Assembly: GCA_035642635.1 (NCBI GenBank)
Contig: DASQRX010000109.1
Span: 4,115 to 68,114 of the forward strand
Direction of reading: 5' to 3'
From: Xanthobacteraceae bacterium
GTDB taxonomy: Bacteria > Pseudomonadota > Alphaproteobacteria > Rhizobiales > Xanthobacteraceae
Length of the DNA stretch: 64,000 bases
Shown: piece by piece, positions 40,140-49,579 of the stretch
Layout: the number at the start of each line of letters is the position of its first letter
Position numbering within the stretch: the first letter of the stretch is position 1
The notes under the pieces: generated by a model
Told to the model about the DNA's origin: nothing
The model's input: only the letters and a program-made list of their open reading frames with translations
Database searches by the model: none
Position numbers and translations under genes: made by a program

Positions 40140-40997
40140 TCATTCGGCCGCTTCGCGCAATGGCCGCGGGTAAAACGTGTCGTACAATTCCGGCCGCTGC
40201 CATTGTGGGCCGAGCACGCCCGGTTTGGCGCCGCACGTGGCCGACGAGCCGACTTCGTCGCGCGAGATCCGCAATTGCCGTACGCGGTCGAGGCTGAGAT
40301 CGATCAAGCTCATGCCGGGCGCCGTGCTCTCGAACAAAATCTCCTCCGGCGACGCCACCATGGCGAGGCCGCGCTGCGTCGGATCGAACAGGTTCTGCGT
40401 CGTCACCACAATCGCCAGGTTTTCGATGGCGCGCGCCCAAATCAGCGTCCGCCACGTGGCCCAGAGCCGGTTCTTGTCGACACCTGCCGGCATGAAGATG
40501 AGTTCGGCGCCGCGCAGCGCCAGCGCGCGCGTCACTTCCGGCATATAGACTTCGCTGCACATCGCGAGCCCGACTTTGCCGTACACGGTGTCGAACACCG
40601 GATAGGCGTCGCCCGCGACATATTGGAATTCCCAAGCGCGGCCGCCGGTATAGATCCACGGCCCGTTCGGATGCGTGCGCCGGTAGAGCGCCGGCGCCCG
40701 GCCGTCGGGAAATGCCATGACGACGAGATTGTAAGCGGTCGCCGCCTTGGTATCGATCGGCTCGATGCTGCCGAATACGGCATGGATGCGATACTTGGCG
40801 GCGGCTTCGGCGAGCGCTGGGATCGGATCGTAAGTGGCGGGCATGCGCCAGGGGCCCGGATAATTTTCCGGAAAACAGAGGAAGTCTGCGCCCTCGCCCG
40901 CGGCGCGCGCGATCGCTTGCACCGCATCCGCGACATTCCTCTCATCGTCGGGTGGACGATGGGTGATCGGCTGCACGACGGCGACCCGGAAAGTCAT
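40140..40997 (-). CDS. carbon-nitrogen hydrolase (nitrilase superfamily)
   Basis: It has the E-K-C triad context (FPENY..., GLAMCSEVYMPE) and begins MTFRVAVVQ. Confidence 0.8.
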   Translation of the reverse strand: MTFRVAVVQPITHRPPDDERNVADAVQAIARAAGEGADFLCFPENYPGPWRMPATYDPIPALAEAAAKYRIHAVFGSIEPIDTKAATAYNLVVMAFPDGRAPALYRRTHPNGPWIYTGGRAWEFQYVAGDAYPVFDTVYGKVGLAMCSEVYMPEVTRALALRGAELIFMPAGVDKNRLWATWRTLIWARAIENLAIVVTTQNLFDPTQRGLAMVASPEEILFESTAPGMSLIDLSLDRVRQLRISRDEVGSSATCGAKPGVLGPQWQRPELYDTFYPRPLREAAE

Positions 40998-41329
40998 CGT
41001 TTTCGCTCCTCTCGGCGCTTATCGCCGCGCCTCTTCTCGCGCCGGATTCAAGCCGCGCCGGTATGTAAGGTCAAGGCGCGTATCAGAGGAGGCACGTTCT
41101 CGCGACGCGATCGCGCCCGAGCCATGCGAAGCCACTGCAAAAAGAATCTCCCCCCCAAAAAAAAGAAGCGAGGCGGAGCGCTGATATCCGGATTGTCTTG
41201 TACCCGAACTGGTGACTATCGTCAATGAAAAGGTGACGGCATCGTCATTTGCTCCGTCGTGACGCTCCGCGCAATGACGCAAATGATTTTTAGACGGGCT
41301 GCGCCAGGCGCAACCCGTCCGCTTCGCGC

Positions 41330-41863
41330 CTATTCGTAAAACACGTCGTAGGCGACGTCGGCGACCTGGCCGGTGATCACGTTGACCAGAAGCAGATCGG
41401 GTCCGTAGCGTACCCATTGGTAACCGGGCGGCGGCGGATCGAGGCCGAGAGCGGCCCACTCGGGATACCAATAATCCTGGACCAGGAAGACCGGCGGCAG
41501 CGCCGCGCCGACTTCCCAGCGCCGATAGGCAAAGCCCGGCGGGTAAACGAACGGATTAAGGTGAACGCGGTCGAACGCGCGGCCGCGATAGTTGAACTGC
41601 ACAGCGACACCGGGCGGCGGGCCGCCGGGATGAAACATCGCCGCCGGCCGGCCGGGCGGATGCGGACCACCCATCGCGCCGGGCGGCGGACCATGCGGTA
41701 CAGCACCGGGCACCGGACCGCCCGGATGCGGCACGGGATGCGGCGGCGGACCCCCAGGATGGGGCGGACTACCTTCATGATGTTCGTCGTGATGATCTTG
41801 GGCAACAGCTAGACCGGTTGTCACAAGCGCAATCGTCGCCGCAATAGCAAGCGCGCGCAGCAT
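41330..41863 (-). CDS. secreted RcnB-like protein with His/Pro-rich N-terminal region
   Basis: It has a signal peptide, an HHDEHHEGSPPHPGGPPPHP low-complexity region, and a C-terminal GYQWVRYGPDLLLVNVITGQVADV motif typical of the RcnB/YohN family. Confidence 0.6.
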   Translation of the reverse strand: MLRALAIAATIALVTTGLAVAQDHHDEHHEGSPPHPGGPPPHPVPHPGGPVPGAVPHGPPPGAMGGPHPPGRPAAMFHPGGPPPGVAVQFNYRGRAFDRVHLNPFVYPPGFAYRRWEVGAALPPVFLVQDYWYPEWAALGLDPPPPGYQWVRYGPDLLLVNVITGQVADVAYDVFYE

Positions 41864-42064
41864 TGGTTCTCTCTCCTATTGTTTCGATTGTGAGTTTCTA
41901 TGGCCGTATAGATTTTCCGGCGTCGGGAGCGAACCAAGGCTTCGACAGATTGCCTTGGACATAAGGCGAATCTTTGTTGCTGGCTGGTGGCTTGGCTTTT
42001 CCCGTGCACGCCGGATGCGGGCGCCCTGCTTGCTTTCAGGCCCCGTGCGGCCGATATAGGAGCC

Positions 42065-42163
42065 GGGAGGTTGGCGGTGGACGAGCCACTCGCCAACCGG
42101 GTCAGGTCCGGAAGGAAGCAGCCCTAACGAGCGCGGTTCGGGTCGCTCGTCAGCCTCCCACCC
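42065..42163 (+). ncRNA. ffs: signal recognition particle RNA (4.5S type)
   Basis: It contains the conserved domain IV sequence GGTCAGGTCCGGAAGGAAGCAGCC. The 5' GGGAGGTTGGCG pairs with the 3' CGTCAGCCTCCC, and it ends in CACCC. It sits in the classical position upstream of dnaX. Confidence 0.85.
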
Positions 42164-42262
42164 ATTTCGATTGAGCGGGCATAGAGACCCGGATGCCGCT
42201 TCGGGCGCGGCGTTTTATATGAAGGTCATGATCCCGGTCGCAGTAACAAACGGCGCGCAGTC

Positions 42263-44092
42263 ATGAGTGATGCGACGACATCCCCTACAGCTTACCGTGT
42301 GCTGGCGCGCAAATACCGGCCGTCGACCTTCGACGACCTGATCGGCCAGGACGCCATGGTGCGCACGGTGTCGAACGGGTTCGAGGCCGGCCGTATTCCA
42401 CAGGCCTGGATCCTCACCGGCGTGCGCGGCGTCGGCAAGACGACGACGGCGCGCATTCTGGCGCGGGCGCTGAATTACGAATTGCCGGATGGCTCGATCG
42501 CCGCGCCCACCATCAAGATGCCGGTGCTCGGCGTGCATTGCGAAGCCATTATGGAAAGCCGCCATCTCGACGTCATCGAGATGGACGCCGCTTCCCATAA
42601 CGGCGTCGACGACGTGCGGCAGATCAACGACGCTATCCGCTATGCGCCGGTCTCCGCCCGCTACAAGGTCTATATCCTCGACGAAGTGCATATGCTGACG
42701 CCGCAGGCGTTCAATGCTCTGCTCAAAACGCTGGAAGAGCCGCCGCCGCACGCCAAATTCATTTTCGCCACGACCGAAATCCGCCGCGTGCCGATCACCG
42801 TGTTGTCGCGCTGCCAGCGTTTCGATCTGCGCCGGGTCGATGCCGCGCTATTGGTGCAGCATCTGCAGAACATCGCCGCGCAAGAAAAGCTCGAAGCTGA
42901 GCCCGCGGCGCTCGGCCTGATCGCGCGCGCCGCCGAAGGCTCGGTCCGCGATTCATTGTCTTTGTTCGATCAGGCGATCGCGCATGCCGCGGGGACCGTG
43001 CGCGCCGAGGACGTACGGCAGATGCTCGGTCTCGCCGACCGCACCCGCGTGATCGATTTGTTCGAAGCGCTGATGCGCGCCGATATCGCCTCGGCACTCA
43101 AGGAATTGCGCGACCAATATGATGCCGGCGCCGATCCGGCGATGGTGCTCGGCGATCTCGCCGAGTTCACCCATTTCGTCACCCGCGTGAAGATCGTGCC
43201 GGCGATCGCCGATGACGTTTCACTCATGGAAGCAGAGCGCACGCGCGGCCGCGCCTTCGCCGCCAAGCTCTCGATGCGGGTCTTGGCGCGGACCTGGCAG
43301 ATGCTGCTCAAAGGCATCACCGAAGTCGAAGCCGCCGGCCGCCCGGTCGATGCCGCCGAAATGGCGCTGGTGCGTATCGCCTATGCGGCCGACCTGCCGA
43401 CGCCCGACGAGGCGATCCGCTCGCTCGGCGACGCGGTACGCGGCAATGGCGCCGCGGGAAAAGCGCCCATCAGTGCTGCGGCGCAAGGCTCTTCAGCGCC
43501 AAATCCCGCGACGTCTGCTCCCGCGGCGCCACGCACCTCGCGCGGTCCGCTTGCCTCCGCGGCGCCCGCACCGTCCGCGCCGCCGCTCGACGACGCGTTG
43601 GCGCGCGGCGACGAGACCCCGGCACGCGCGGTCAAAAGCTTTGAAGACTTGATTGCGCTCGCCGGCGAAAAACGCGATCTCGCCATGAAGAGCGCGCTCG
43701 AACGCGATGTGCGGCTGGTGCGCTTCGAGGACGGCACGCTCGAGCTCGCGCTCGAGCAAAGCGCGCGCCACACGCTGGTCGGCGAATTGTCCAAAAAGCT
43801 CAACGACTGGACCGGCCGCCGCTGGATGGTCGCCGTGTCCAAGGAAGCCGGCGCGCCTTCGGTCAAAGCGCAAACCGAAATGCGCAAAGCCGAGATGAAG
43901 GACAATGTGCGGAGCGATCCGCTGGTCCAGGCGGTGCTGGCGCGTTTTCCGGGCGCCGAGATCGTCGACGTGCGCGCGCCGGCCGGCAGCCAGACACAAG
44001 ACATCCCGCAAGATATCCCCGACGGCGAAAACGTTGCGGAAGACCCCAACCCTTCGGAAGACCAATTGAACGAAAGCGATGCCGATGCCTGA
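42263..44092 (+). CDS. dnaX: DNA polymerase III subunits gamma/tau
   Basis: Contains YRVLARKYRPSTFDDLIGQ, Walker A GVRGVGKTT and the zinc module region. Confidence 0.95.
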   Translation: MSDATTSPTAYRVLARKYRPSTFDDLIGQDAMVRTVSNGFEAGRIPQAWILTGVRGVGKTTTARILARALNYELPDGSIAAPTIKMPVLGVHCEAIMESRHLDVIEMDAASHNGVDDVRQINDAIRYAPVSARYKVYILDEVHMLTPQAFNALLKTLEEPPPHAKFIFATTEIRRVPITVLSRCQRFDLRRVDAALLVQHLQNIAAQEKLEAEPAALGLIARAAEGSVRDSLSLFDQAIAHAAGTVRAEDVRQMLGLADRTRVIDLFEALMRADIASALKELRDQYDAGADPAMVLGDLAEFTHFVTRVKIVPAIADDVSLMEAERTRGRAFAAKLSMRVLARTWQMLLKGITEVEAAGRPVDAAEMALVRIAYAADLPTPDEAIRSLGDAVRGNGAAGKAPISAAAQGSSAPNPATSAPAAPRTSRGPLASAAPAPSAPPLDDALARGDETPARAVKSFEDLIALAGEKRDLAMKSALERDVRLVRFEDGTLELALEQSARHTLVGELSKKLNDWTGRRWMVAVSKEAGAPSVKAQTEMRKAEMKDNVRSDPLVQAVLARFPGAEIVDVRAPAGSQTQDIPQDIPDGENVAEDPNPSEDQLNESDADA

Positions 44093-44405
44093 TTTTCTTG
44101 GCCTGATGAAGCAGGCCACCGAGTTGAAATCGAAAATGGAAGCGATGCAGGCCGAGCTCGACCGCATGGAGGTCGAGGGCGCGGCCGGCGGCGGCCTCGT
44201 CACCATGAAGATTTCCGGCAAAGGCGATCTGCGCGGCACGCGCATCGACGATTCGCTCCTCAAGCCAGATCAAAAAGAAATCCTCGAAGACCTGATCGTC
44301 GCCGCGCATGCCGACGCGCGGCGCAGACTCGAGACGATGCTGCAGGACAAAATGCAGGCGCTCACCGGCGGTCTGCCGCTGCCGCCCGGCATGAAGCTGT
44401 TTTGA
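44079..44405 (+). CDS. ybaB: nucleoid-associated protein YbaB/EbfC
   Basis: It is 108 aa, begins [18 protein letters not shown], and lies between dnaX and recR. Confidence 0.9.
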   Translation: MPMPDFLGLMKQATELKSKMEAMQAELDRMEVEGAAGGGLVTMKISGKGDLRGTRIDDSLLKPDQKEILEDLIVAAHADARRRLETMLQDKMQALTGGLPLPPGMKLF

Positions 44406-45010
44406 TGCCCGCTGTCGCCGCCGGCCCCGAAATCGAACGCCTGATCCAGCTCCTGGCCCGTTTGCCAGGACTGGGTCCGCGCTCGGCGCGGCGCGCGGCT
44501 TTGTTTCTGATCAAGAAGCGCGAATTGGTTATGGCGCCGCTGGCGGCAGCCTTGCAGACCGCGATCGAGAAGATCGAGGTGTGCCGAACTTGCGGCAATA
44601 TCGATACGCAAAATCCGTGCACAGTGTGCACCGACCAAAAGCGCGACGGTTCGGCGATCGTCGTGATTGCCGACGTCGCCGATCTTTGGGCGCTGGAGCG
44701 CGCGCATGCCATCAATGCGCGCTATCACGTGCTCGGCGGCACGCTGTCGCCGCTCGACGGCGTCGGGCCGGATGACCTTTCGATCGACGCGCTGGTCAAA
44801 CGGGCGAGCGAGCCTGAGGTCAAGGAAGTCGTCATTGCGCTGTCCGCCACGGTCGACGGCCAGAGCACCGCGCACTACATCACCGATCTTTTGCACGAGG
44901 CGAATGTGAAGGTGACGCGGCTCGCACATGGCGTTCCGGTCGGCGGCGAACTCGATTATCTCGACGAAGGCACGCTGGCGGCGGCGATGCACAGCCGGAC
45001 GCCGTTTTGA
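44402..45010 (+). CDS. recR: recombination protein RecR
   Basis: It has an HhH N-terminus, the zinc finger [16 protein letters not shown] and a Toprim domain. Confidence 0.95.
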   Translation: MMPAVAAGPEIERLIQLLARLPGLGPRSARRAALFLIKKRELVMAPLAAALQTAIEKIEVCRTCGNIDTQNPCTVCTDQKRDGSAIVVIADVADLWALERAHAINARYHVLGGTLSPLDGVGPDDLSIDALVKRASEPEVKEVVIALSATVDGQSTAHYITDLLHEANVKVTRLAHGVPVGGELDYLDEGTLAAAMHSRTPF

Positions 45011-45030
45011 GCTCCAACCTCCGCTCATTC

Positions 45031-45071
45031 TCCCGCAAGCGGGAACGCTGGGTCCCCGCGTTCGCGGGGAC
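45031..45071. repeat. REP-like twin hairpins (TCCCGCAAGCGGGA and GTCCCCGCGTTCGCGGGGAC)
   Basis: Two palindromes immediately downstream of recR, read directly from the sequence. Confidence 0.45.
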
Positions 45072-45218
45072 GAGCGGATATCGAAGCTGCCTGCAAAATA
45101 GCCAGCCACAGCCTGCAATCCGATCAAGCAAAGCCGGCTGCCGGGCCCGCGAAGGTAAATGCCACGGAATCCGCGCAGAATTGCCGCTTCTCCCGCTGAG
45201 CCCCGGCCCGGCAGGACT

Positions 45219-45234
45219 TGGCACGCCACATGCA
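45219..45234 (+). promoter_or_regulatory. sigma54-type -24/-12 promoter candidate (TGGCACgccacATGCA)
   Basis: It matches TGGCAC-N5-TTGCW with correct spacing and one mismatch, and lies about 50 nt upstream of a strong intrinsic terminator. Confidence 0.35.
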
Positions 45235-45285
45235 TGATAGGTGGTGCGGTCTCGGTCCTACTTACCGTGGCGAATTGAGATTGCT

Positions 45286-45324
45286 AGAGCCCCGGCATTC
45301 CCGGCACCGGGGCTCTATTTTTTT
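45286..45324 (+). terminator. rho-independent terminator (AGAGCCCCGG-loop-CCGGGGCTCT followed by A-T7)
   Basis: A perfect 10-bp GC-rich stem followed by a run of seven T, about 275 nt after the recR stop. Confidence 0.65.
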
Positions 45325-45544
45325 GCGCGGTGTGCTGTGCCCCCGCAGGGGCGTTCGGTAATCGCCGCCGGCCTCGGAACACTCACATCACGCTTACTGG
45401 ATCATCCGCCGGAGCCTGTCATTGGGCCCCAGCGTCGAAAAGACACGCGCGGGCCACACAGCCTGCACGAATGTCATGCAAGAATAGCTGCCGGCAAGAG
45501 TGGGCATAAGAGCGGCGAGCGAGAGCCGCACGAGGGGCACGGAA

Positions 45545-46219
45545 ATGCGGGATTACGGCATGGCTGCTGCGCCGACCAAAGCCTACAAGGGCGCCGGGAT
45601 GGAGGGTTTCATCGCCTCCTGGTACGCGCGGCAGACAGCAAGGGACTTAGACGAATTCCAACGCACGGCGCGGCGGATCGCGGCGCATCTCAACCCCGGT
45701 TCCCGCGTGCTCGAAATCGCGCCGGGGCCGGGCTATCTCGCCATCGAGCTCGCCAAGCAGACCGACAGCCAGGTCACCGGGCTCGATATCAGCAAGAGCT
45801 TCGTGCGCATGGCGGCTGAAAACGCGCGCCACGCCAATGTTCGGGTCGATTTCGAGCATGGCGACGCCGCCGACCTGCCGTTTCCCGACAAGCAGTTCGA
45901 TTTCATTGTCTGCCGCGCCGCATTTAAGAATTTCACCCGGCCGCTGGTGGCGCTCAACGAAATGCACCGCGTGCTCAAACCCGGCGGCACGGCGTTCATC
46001 ATCGACCTGCGCAAGGACTTTTCGCGCCGGGCGGTCAACGAATATGTCGCGGGCCGCAACGTCTTTGCCGCCGCGATGATCAAGCTCACCTTCAACACCA
46101 TGCTGAAGAAACGGGCTTATACCAAGGAGAGCATGGCGGGTCTGGTGTCGCAGTCGCAGTTCGGGATTGGCGAAATTCGTCTCGACGGGCTGGGCTTTGA
46201 GGTCTGGCTGCGCAAGTAG
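45545..46219 (+). CDS. class I SAM-dependent methyltransferase
   Basis: It has motif I VLEIAPGPGYL and post-I/II motifs (FDFIVCRAAFKNF, LKPGG). Confidence 0.8.
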   Translation: MRDYGMAAAPTKAYKGAGMEGFIASWYARQTARDLDEFQRTARRIAAHLNPGSRVLEIAPGPGYLAIELAKQTDSQVTGLDISKSFVRMAAENARHANVRVDFEHGDAADLPFPDKQFDFIVCRAAFKNFTRPLVALNEMHRVLKPGGTAFIIDLRKDFSRRAVNEYVAGRNVFAAAMIKLTFNTMLKKRAYTKESMAGLVSQSQFGIGEIRLDGLGFEVWLRK

Positions 46220-46249
46220 CGATTTCCTCGCTCAGATACATCTGAGATG

Positions 46250-46276
46250 GCGCTGCTCCGCAGCGCCAAGTTTTCA
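46250..46276 (+). terminator. terminator-like hairpin GGCGCTGC-TCC-GCAGCGCC + AAGTTTTC
   Basis: It lies 30 nt after the methyltransferase stop and has a short T tract. Confidence 0.45.
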
Positions 46277-46505
46277 TTATTGCACGACGCCCACCATTTT
46301 GCTGAGAGGAATTCAAACTCAAGGACGGCCCGAAGGGCCGCCGCTCAATAGCGCGTCCACGCGCGTAAACGCGCGATCGGGCGGTGCGCCTTGCGCATCC
46401 TTGACTTCGAATTCCTCTCAGGCACCGTTCGGGCATGCAATAATGAAAGAATTCGCCTCGGAGGCGATCTCATATGTACTGGACCAGGTCAGGGCGTAAC
46501 AGGAC

Positions 46506-47435
46506 ATGAGCGACGACATTCCGTTCGACAAGAGTTTCGATCTCGTACCCGACAAGGTGACCGAGGTGGCGCCGCGGGTGCGGGCGATCGTCGCCAACAA
46601 TCCCGGGCCTTTCACCTTCAAGGGCACGATGAGCTACATCATCGGCCGCGGCAAAGTCGCGATCCTCGATCCGGGCCCGGACGACGATGCCCATATCGGA
46701 GCGCTGCTCGATGCGGTGCGCGGCGAAACCGTCACTCACATCTTCGTCACCCATACCCATCGCGACCATTCGCCGGGCGTGCCGAAAGTCAAAGCCGCGA
46801 CCGGCGCCAAGGTTTACGCGCAGGGCCCGCACCGGCTGGCGCGGCCGCTCCATATCGGCGAGACGCGCAGGCTCGATGCCTCGGCCGACATGGATTTCCG
46901 GCCCGACATCGCGCTTGCCGACGGCGACGTGGTCGCAGGCGACGGCTGGACTATGGAGGCGATCACGACGCCCGGCCATACCGCCAATCACATGTCGTTC
47001 GCTTTCAAGGAAGCCAGTCTGATTTTCGGCGGCGATCATGTGATGGGGTGGTCGACGACGATCGTAGCGCCCCCCGACGGCGCCATGAGCGATTATATTA
47101 CCTCGCTGCACAAGCTCGCGCGCCGCAGCGAACCGCTTTATTTGTCCGGCCACGGCATGCCGATCCGCGAAGCTCAGCGTTTCGTGCAGCATTTGATCCG
47201 GCACCGGGAGGCGCGCGAAGCCTCGATCCTGCACCGGCTGCACAAAGGCGCCGCCGACATTCCGACCATCGTGAAGGCGGTCTATATCGGGCTCGATCCG
47301 CGCCTCACCGGAGCGGCGGCCCTGTCGGTGCTGGCGCATCTTGAAGACATGGTCGCGCGCGGCGAGATCGCGACCGAAGGGCCGCCCTCGATCGCCGGCA
47401 CCTATCGCTTGGCCGACGCGCCCTTGCTGGCCTGA
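46506..47435 (+). CDS. MBL-fold metallo-hydrolase
   Basis: It has the HTHRDH motif and later His/Asp ligands (TPGHT, GDHV). Confidence 0.85.
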   Translation: MSDDIPFDKSFDLVPDKVTEVAPRVRAIVANNPGPFTFKGTMSYIIGRGKVAILDPGPDDDAHIGALLDAVRGETVTHIFVTHTHRDHSPGVPKVKAATGAKVYAQGPHRLARPLHIGETRRLDASADMDFRPDIALADGDVVAGDGWTMEAITTPGHTANHMSFAFKEASLIFGGDHVMGWSTTIVAPPDGAMSDYITSLHKLARRSEPLYLSGHGMPIREAQRFVQHLIRHREAREASILHRLHKGAADIPTIVKAVYIGLDPRLTGAAALSVLAHLEDMVARGEIATEGPPSIAGTYRLADAPLLA

Positions 47436-48286
47436 GCCGGCGGCGGCGCCTGCTTCTTCTGCGGCTGCGGCGTCGCCAGCACCGTATCGATATCGTCGAT
47501 CAGATTGCGCACCCGCGCCGCATTGGTGCCGAGATCGTTGCGGCCGTAGCGCGAGGCCGAGCGCACGTCGATGCGGGCGCCGTCCACGGTGGGGCGGATC
47601 CGCACCACGACGTCGTCGCGGAAGCCGAGGATCGGCGTGCGCGCGACCGCCTCGATGATGCCGTCGCGCGCCGTCGCTGATTGCGCCGCGATGTTGCGCG
47701 GCGCCGGACCCGGCAGCGCACCCTGCGGCGCCCGCGCGTCCACCACCCGCCATTTGCGCTTGATGATCACTTTCATCGCCGCGTCGTAAGCTTCCTGGGG
47801 GCTCGAATTGGTGTCATCGGGCTCGATATCCGAATAGGCATTGTGCTGCTGCTCGGCGGCATAGAGTCCCGCATAGGTGACGGGATTGGCGTCGCGCGGC
47901 CGCAACCGCGCGATGGCGTCGAATTGCGGCGGGTCGATCGGATCGGTGGTAATGTCGTAGATCGCCGGCAGGTGGCGGGCCCCGATCACGAGATAGAGCG
48001 GATAGGCGATCAGCGCGAAACCGATCAACAGCGCCGTCACCGCTTGACGGCCGCCGGCGATACCCTCGCGCCAGATCGAAATGCCGGCGCCGAACGCGAG
48101 CAGGATCGCCACACAGGCCAGCACCAAAGCGCCGCCGAGTGTCGATAGCGCGGGCACGATGTCGAGCGCGCCCGAGCGCACGATGATGACAGCGATTAGG
48201 GTCGCGGCCAGCGAGAATAGCGCAACGCGCCGCGCCCAAATGGCAAGCCACGAGGTTTCCTCCTCGGTGAAAGAACGTCGGCGCAT
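47402..48286 (-). CDS. membrane protein with DUF1499-like C-terminal domain
   Basis: It has three or four N-terminal TM segments and a C-terminal FRDDVVVRI...IDVRSASRYGRNDLGTNAARV region. Its 3' end overlaps the convergent MBL gene by 34 nt. Confidence 0.65.
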   Translation of the reverse strand: MRRRSFTEEETSWLAIWARRVALFSLAATLIAVIIVRSGALDIVPALSTLGGALVLACVAILLAFGAGISIWREGIAGGRQAVTALLIGFALIAYPLYLVIGARHLPAIYDITTDPIDPPQFDAIARLRPRDANPVTYAGLYAAEQQHNAYSDIEPDDTNSSPQEAYDAAMKVIIKRKWRVVDARAPQGALPGPAPRNIAAQSATARDGIIEAVARTPILGFRDDVVVRIRPTVDGARIDVRSASRYGRNDLGTNAARVRNLIDDIDTVLATPQPQKKQAPPPAQASKGASAKR

Positions 48287-48331
48287 CGTCCTAAAGGGTC
48301 TCGAATCCGGCGGTTTGACGCTACTTTGACG

Positions 48332-49558
48332 CTACTTGGATGTCCTGCCGCTGGTAGCATCTTTTGGCGGCAGCGGCGCGCATATTTGCTTGAGCGCGCT
48401 CCATTCCGCAACGTCCAGAAACGGCGCCACAGCCCCGCTGACCGGCACGGCATCGATGGTGGCAATCCGCGCTTTGGTCTCGGGATGGTCGCGCAGGATC
48501 GCCATGCCGTGGTCCTTGTCGACGACGATCCGCGCCAGAATGACACCGAGCGCATGCGGATCGCCGCCGGCTTTCTGCATCAAGGCAACGCTATAAGCAT
48601 CGGCCGCACTCTCGACGCGCCGCGAATAGGACGATTTCAAGACCGTCTTCGCCGCGATCACCACCGCGCCGCCGCCGACGAAATCGCCGAGCATCATGCC
48701 GAACAGAAACGACAGGCCGGCGGTTTGGAGAACGACGCGCGTGCCGTCGCGGGCGGCGACATGGCCCATTTCGTGGGCGAGCACGCCGGCCAGTTCGTCG
48801 GGCGCTTGCGCCTGGTCGATGAGGCCCTGGTTGACATAGATGTGTCCGCCCGGCAGCGCTACGGCATTCGGCTCGGCGCGGCGCACGACGTCGACCCGAA
48901 GCTCGACCGGTAGCGCCGCAGCCGCGGCGAGCTTGCCCATGAGCTTGTCGAACGCAGCACGCCCGGCCAATTCACTCGAGCCGCGGCCGCAGGTGAAGGC
49001 CGCGCCGAGATGCTGCGCATCAAGCGAGGCGTGGACGTCTTTGTCGACCGCCTCGCCGAGTTTGCGCTCGGCCGAGGCCGGCACAAACGGCAGCAGCCGG
49101 GTGGCAAGCTCCGGCACGCCGTAAATCGCCGTGACCAGAAGCGACACCGCGGCGGCACAGCTCAAAGCCACGATCTTGCGGCGCAGCCGGCGCTCGCCTC
49201 CGCCGCCGCGGTCGAGCGTTTCGGCGCGATCCTCGATCGCCGTGATGAGATCGCCGTCGCGGATTTCAAGCCGCGCCAACAGCGTTTCGCCGCAGCGGCT
49301 CAGCCGCAGCACGCCGTTGGGTGACGACATCCGGCGCAAATCGGCATAGGCCCATTCGTCGAGCAGATGCCCAGCCTGTCGCCCGGCCGGCGGCTTGGCC
49401 AGTTCTTTGGCGATGATGCGCAGGCCCGCCGCGGCGGCTTCGACCTTCACGTCGTGGCGCGCGCTGCAGGTGCCGTCGAAATAGATCGCCGGGCCGCACG
49501 GAATGGCCGGCTCGCTCTCGGGAGTGCGCCGCGGCGCGGTGTCGAGCGTGATCGTCAT
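48332..49558 (-). CDS. M48-family zinc metallopeptidase
   Basis: It has the HEMGH motif and a downstream ESAADAY region, with an N-terminal cytoplasmic domain and one TM segment. Confidence 0.85.
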   Translation of the reverse strand: MTITLDTAPRRTPESEPAIPCGPAIYFDGTCSARHDVKVEAAAAGLRIIAKELAKPPAGRQAGHLLDEWAYADLRRMSSPNGVLRLSRCGETLLARLEIRDGDLITAIEDRAETLDRGGGGERRLRRKIVALSCAAAVSLLVTAIYGVPELATRLLPFVPASAERKLGEAVDKDVHASLDAQHLGAAFTCGRGSSELAGRAAFDKLMGKLAAAAALPVELRVDVVRRAEPNAVALPGGHIYVNQGLIDQAQAPDELAGVLAHEMGHVAARDGTRVVLQTAGLSFLFGMMLGDFVGGGAVVIAAKTVLKSSYSRRVESAADAYSVALMQKAGGDPHALGVILARIVVDKDHGMAILRDHPETKARIATIDAVPVSGAVAPFLDVAEWSALKQICAPLPPKDATSGRTSK

Positions 49559-49579
49559 GACGCTAGATACTCCATGAGG

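Noticed and set aside
41100-41200. A possible cobalamin riboswitch, because of GCCACTG near 41131.
   Set aside because: Only a short chance match to part of the B12 box. No surrounding conserved helices are present, and the downstream gene is unrelated to B12.
43792-43798. A CAAAAAG stretch in dnaX as a possible programmed frameshift site for the gamma subunit.
   Set aside because: It lacks the full A-AAA-AAG heptamer. It also lies near codon 510, far downstream of the position where the E. coli gamma shift occurs.
45241-45819. A 192-aa ORF covering the recR-methyltransferase intergenic region.
   Set aside because: It runs through the terminator hairpin and overlaps the real methyltransferase gene in another frame. 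The product is Arg/Pro-rich nonsense.
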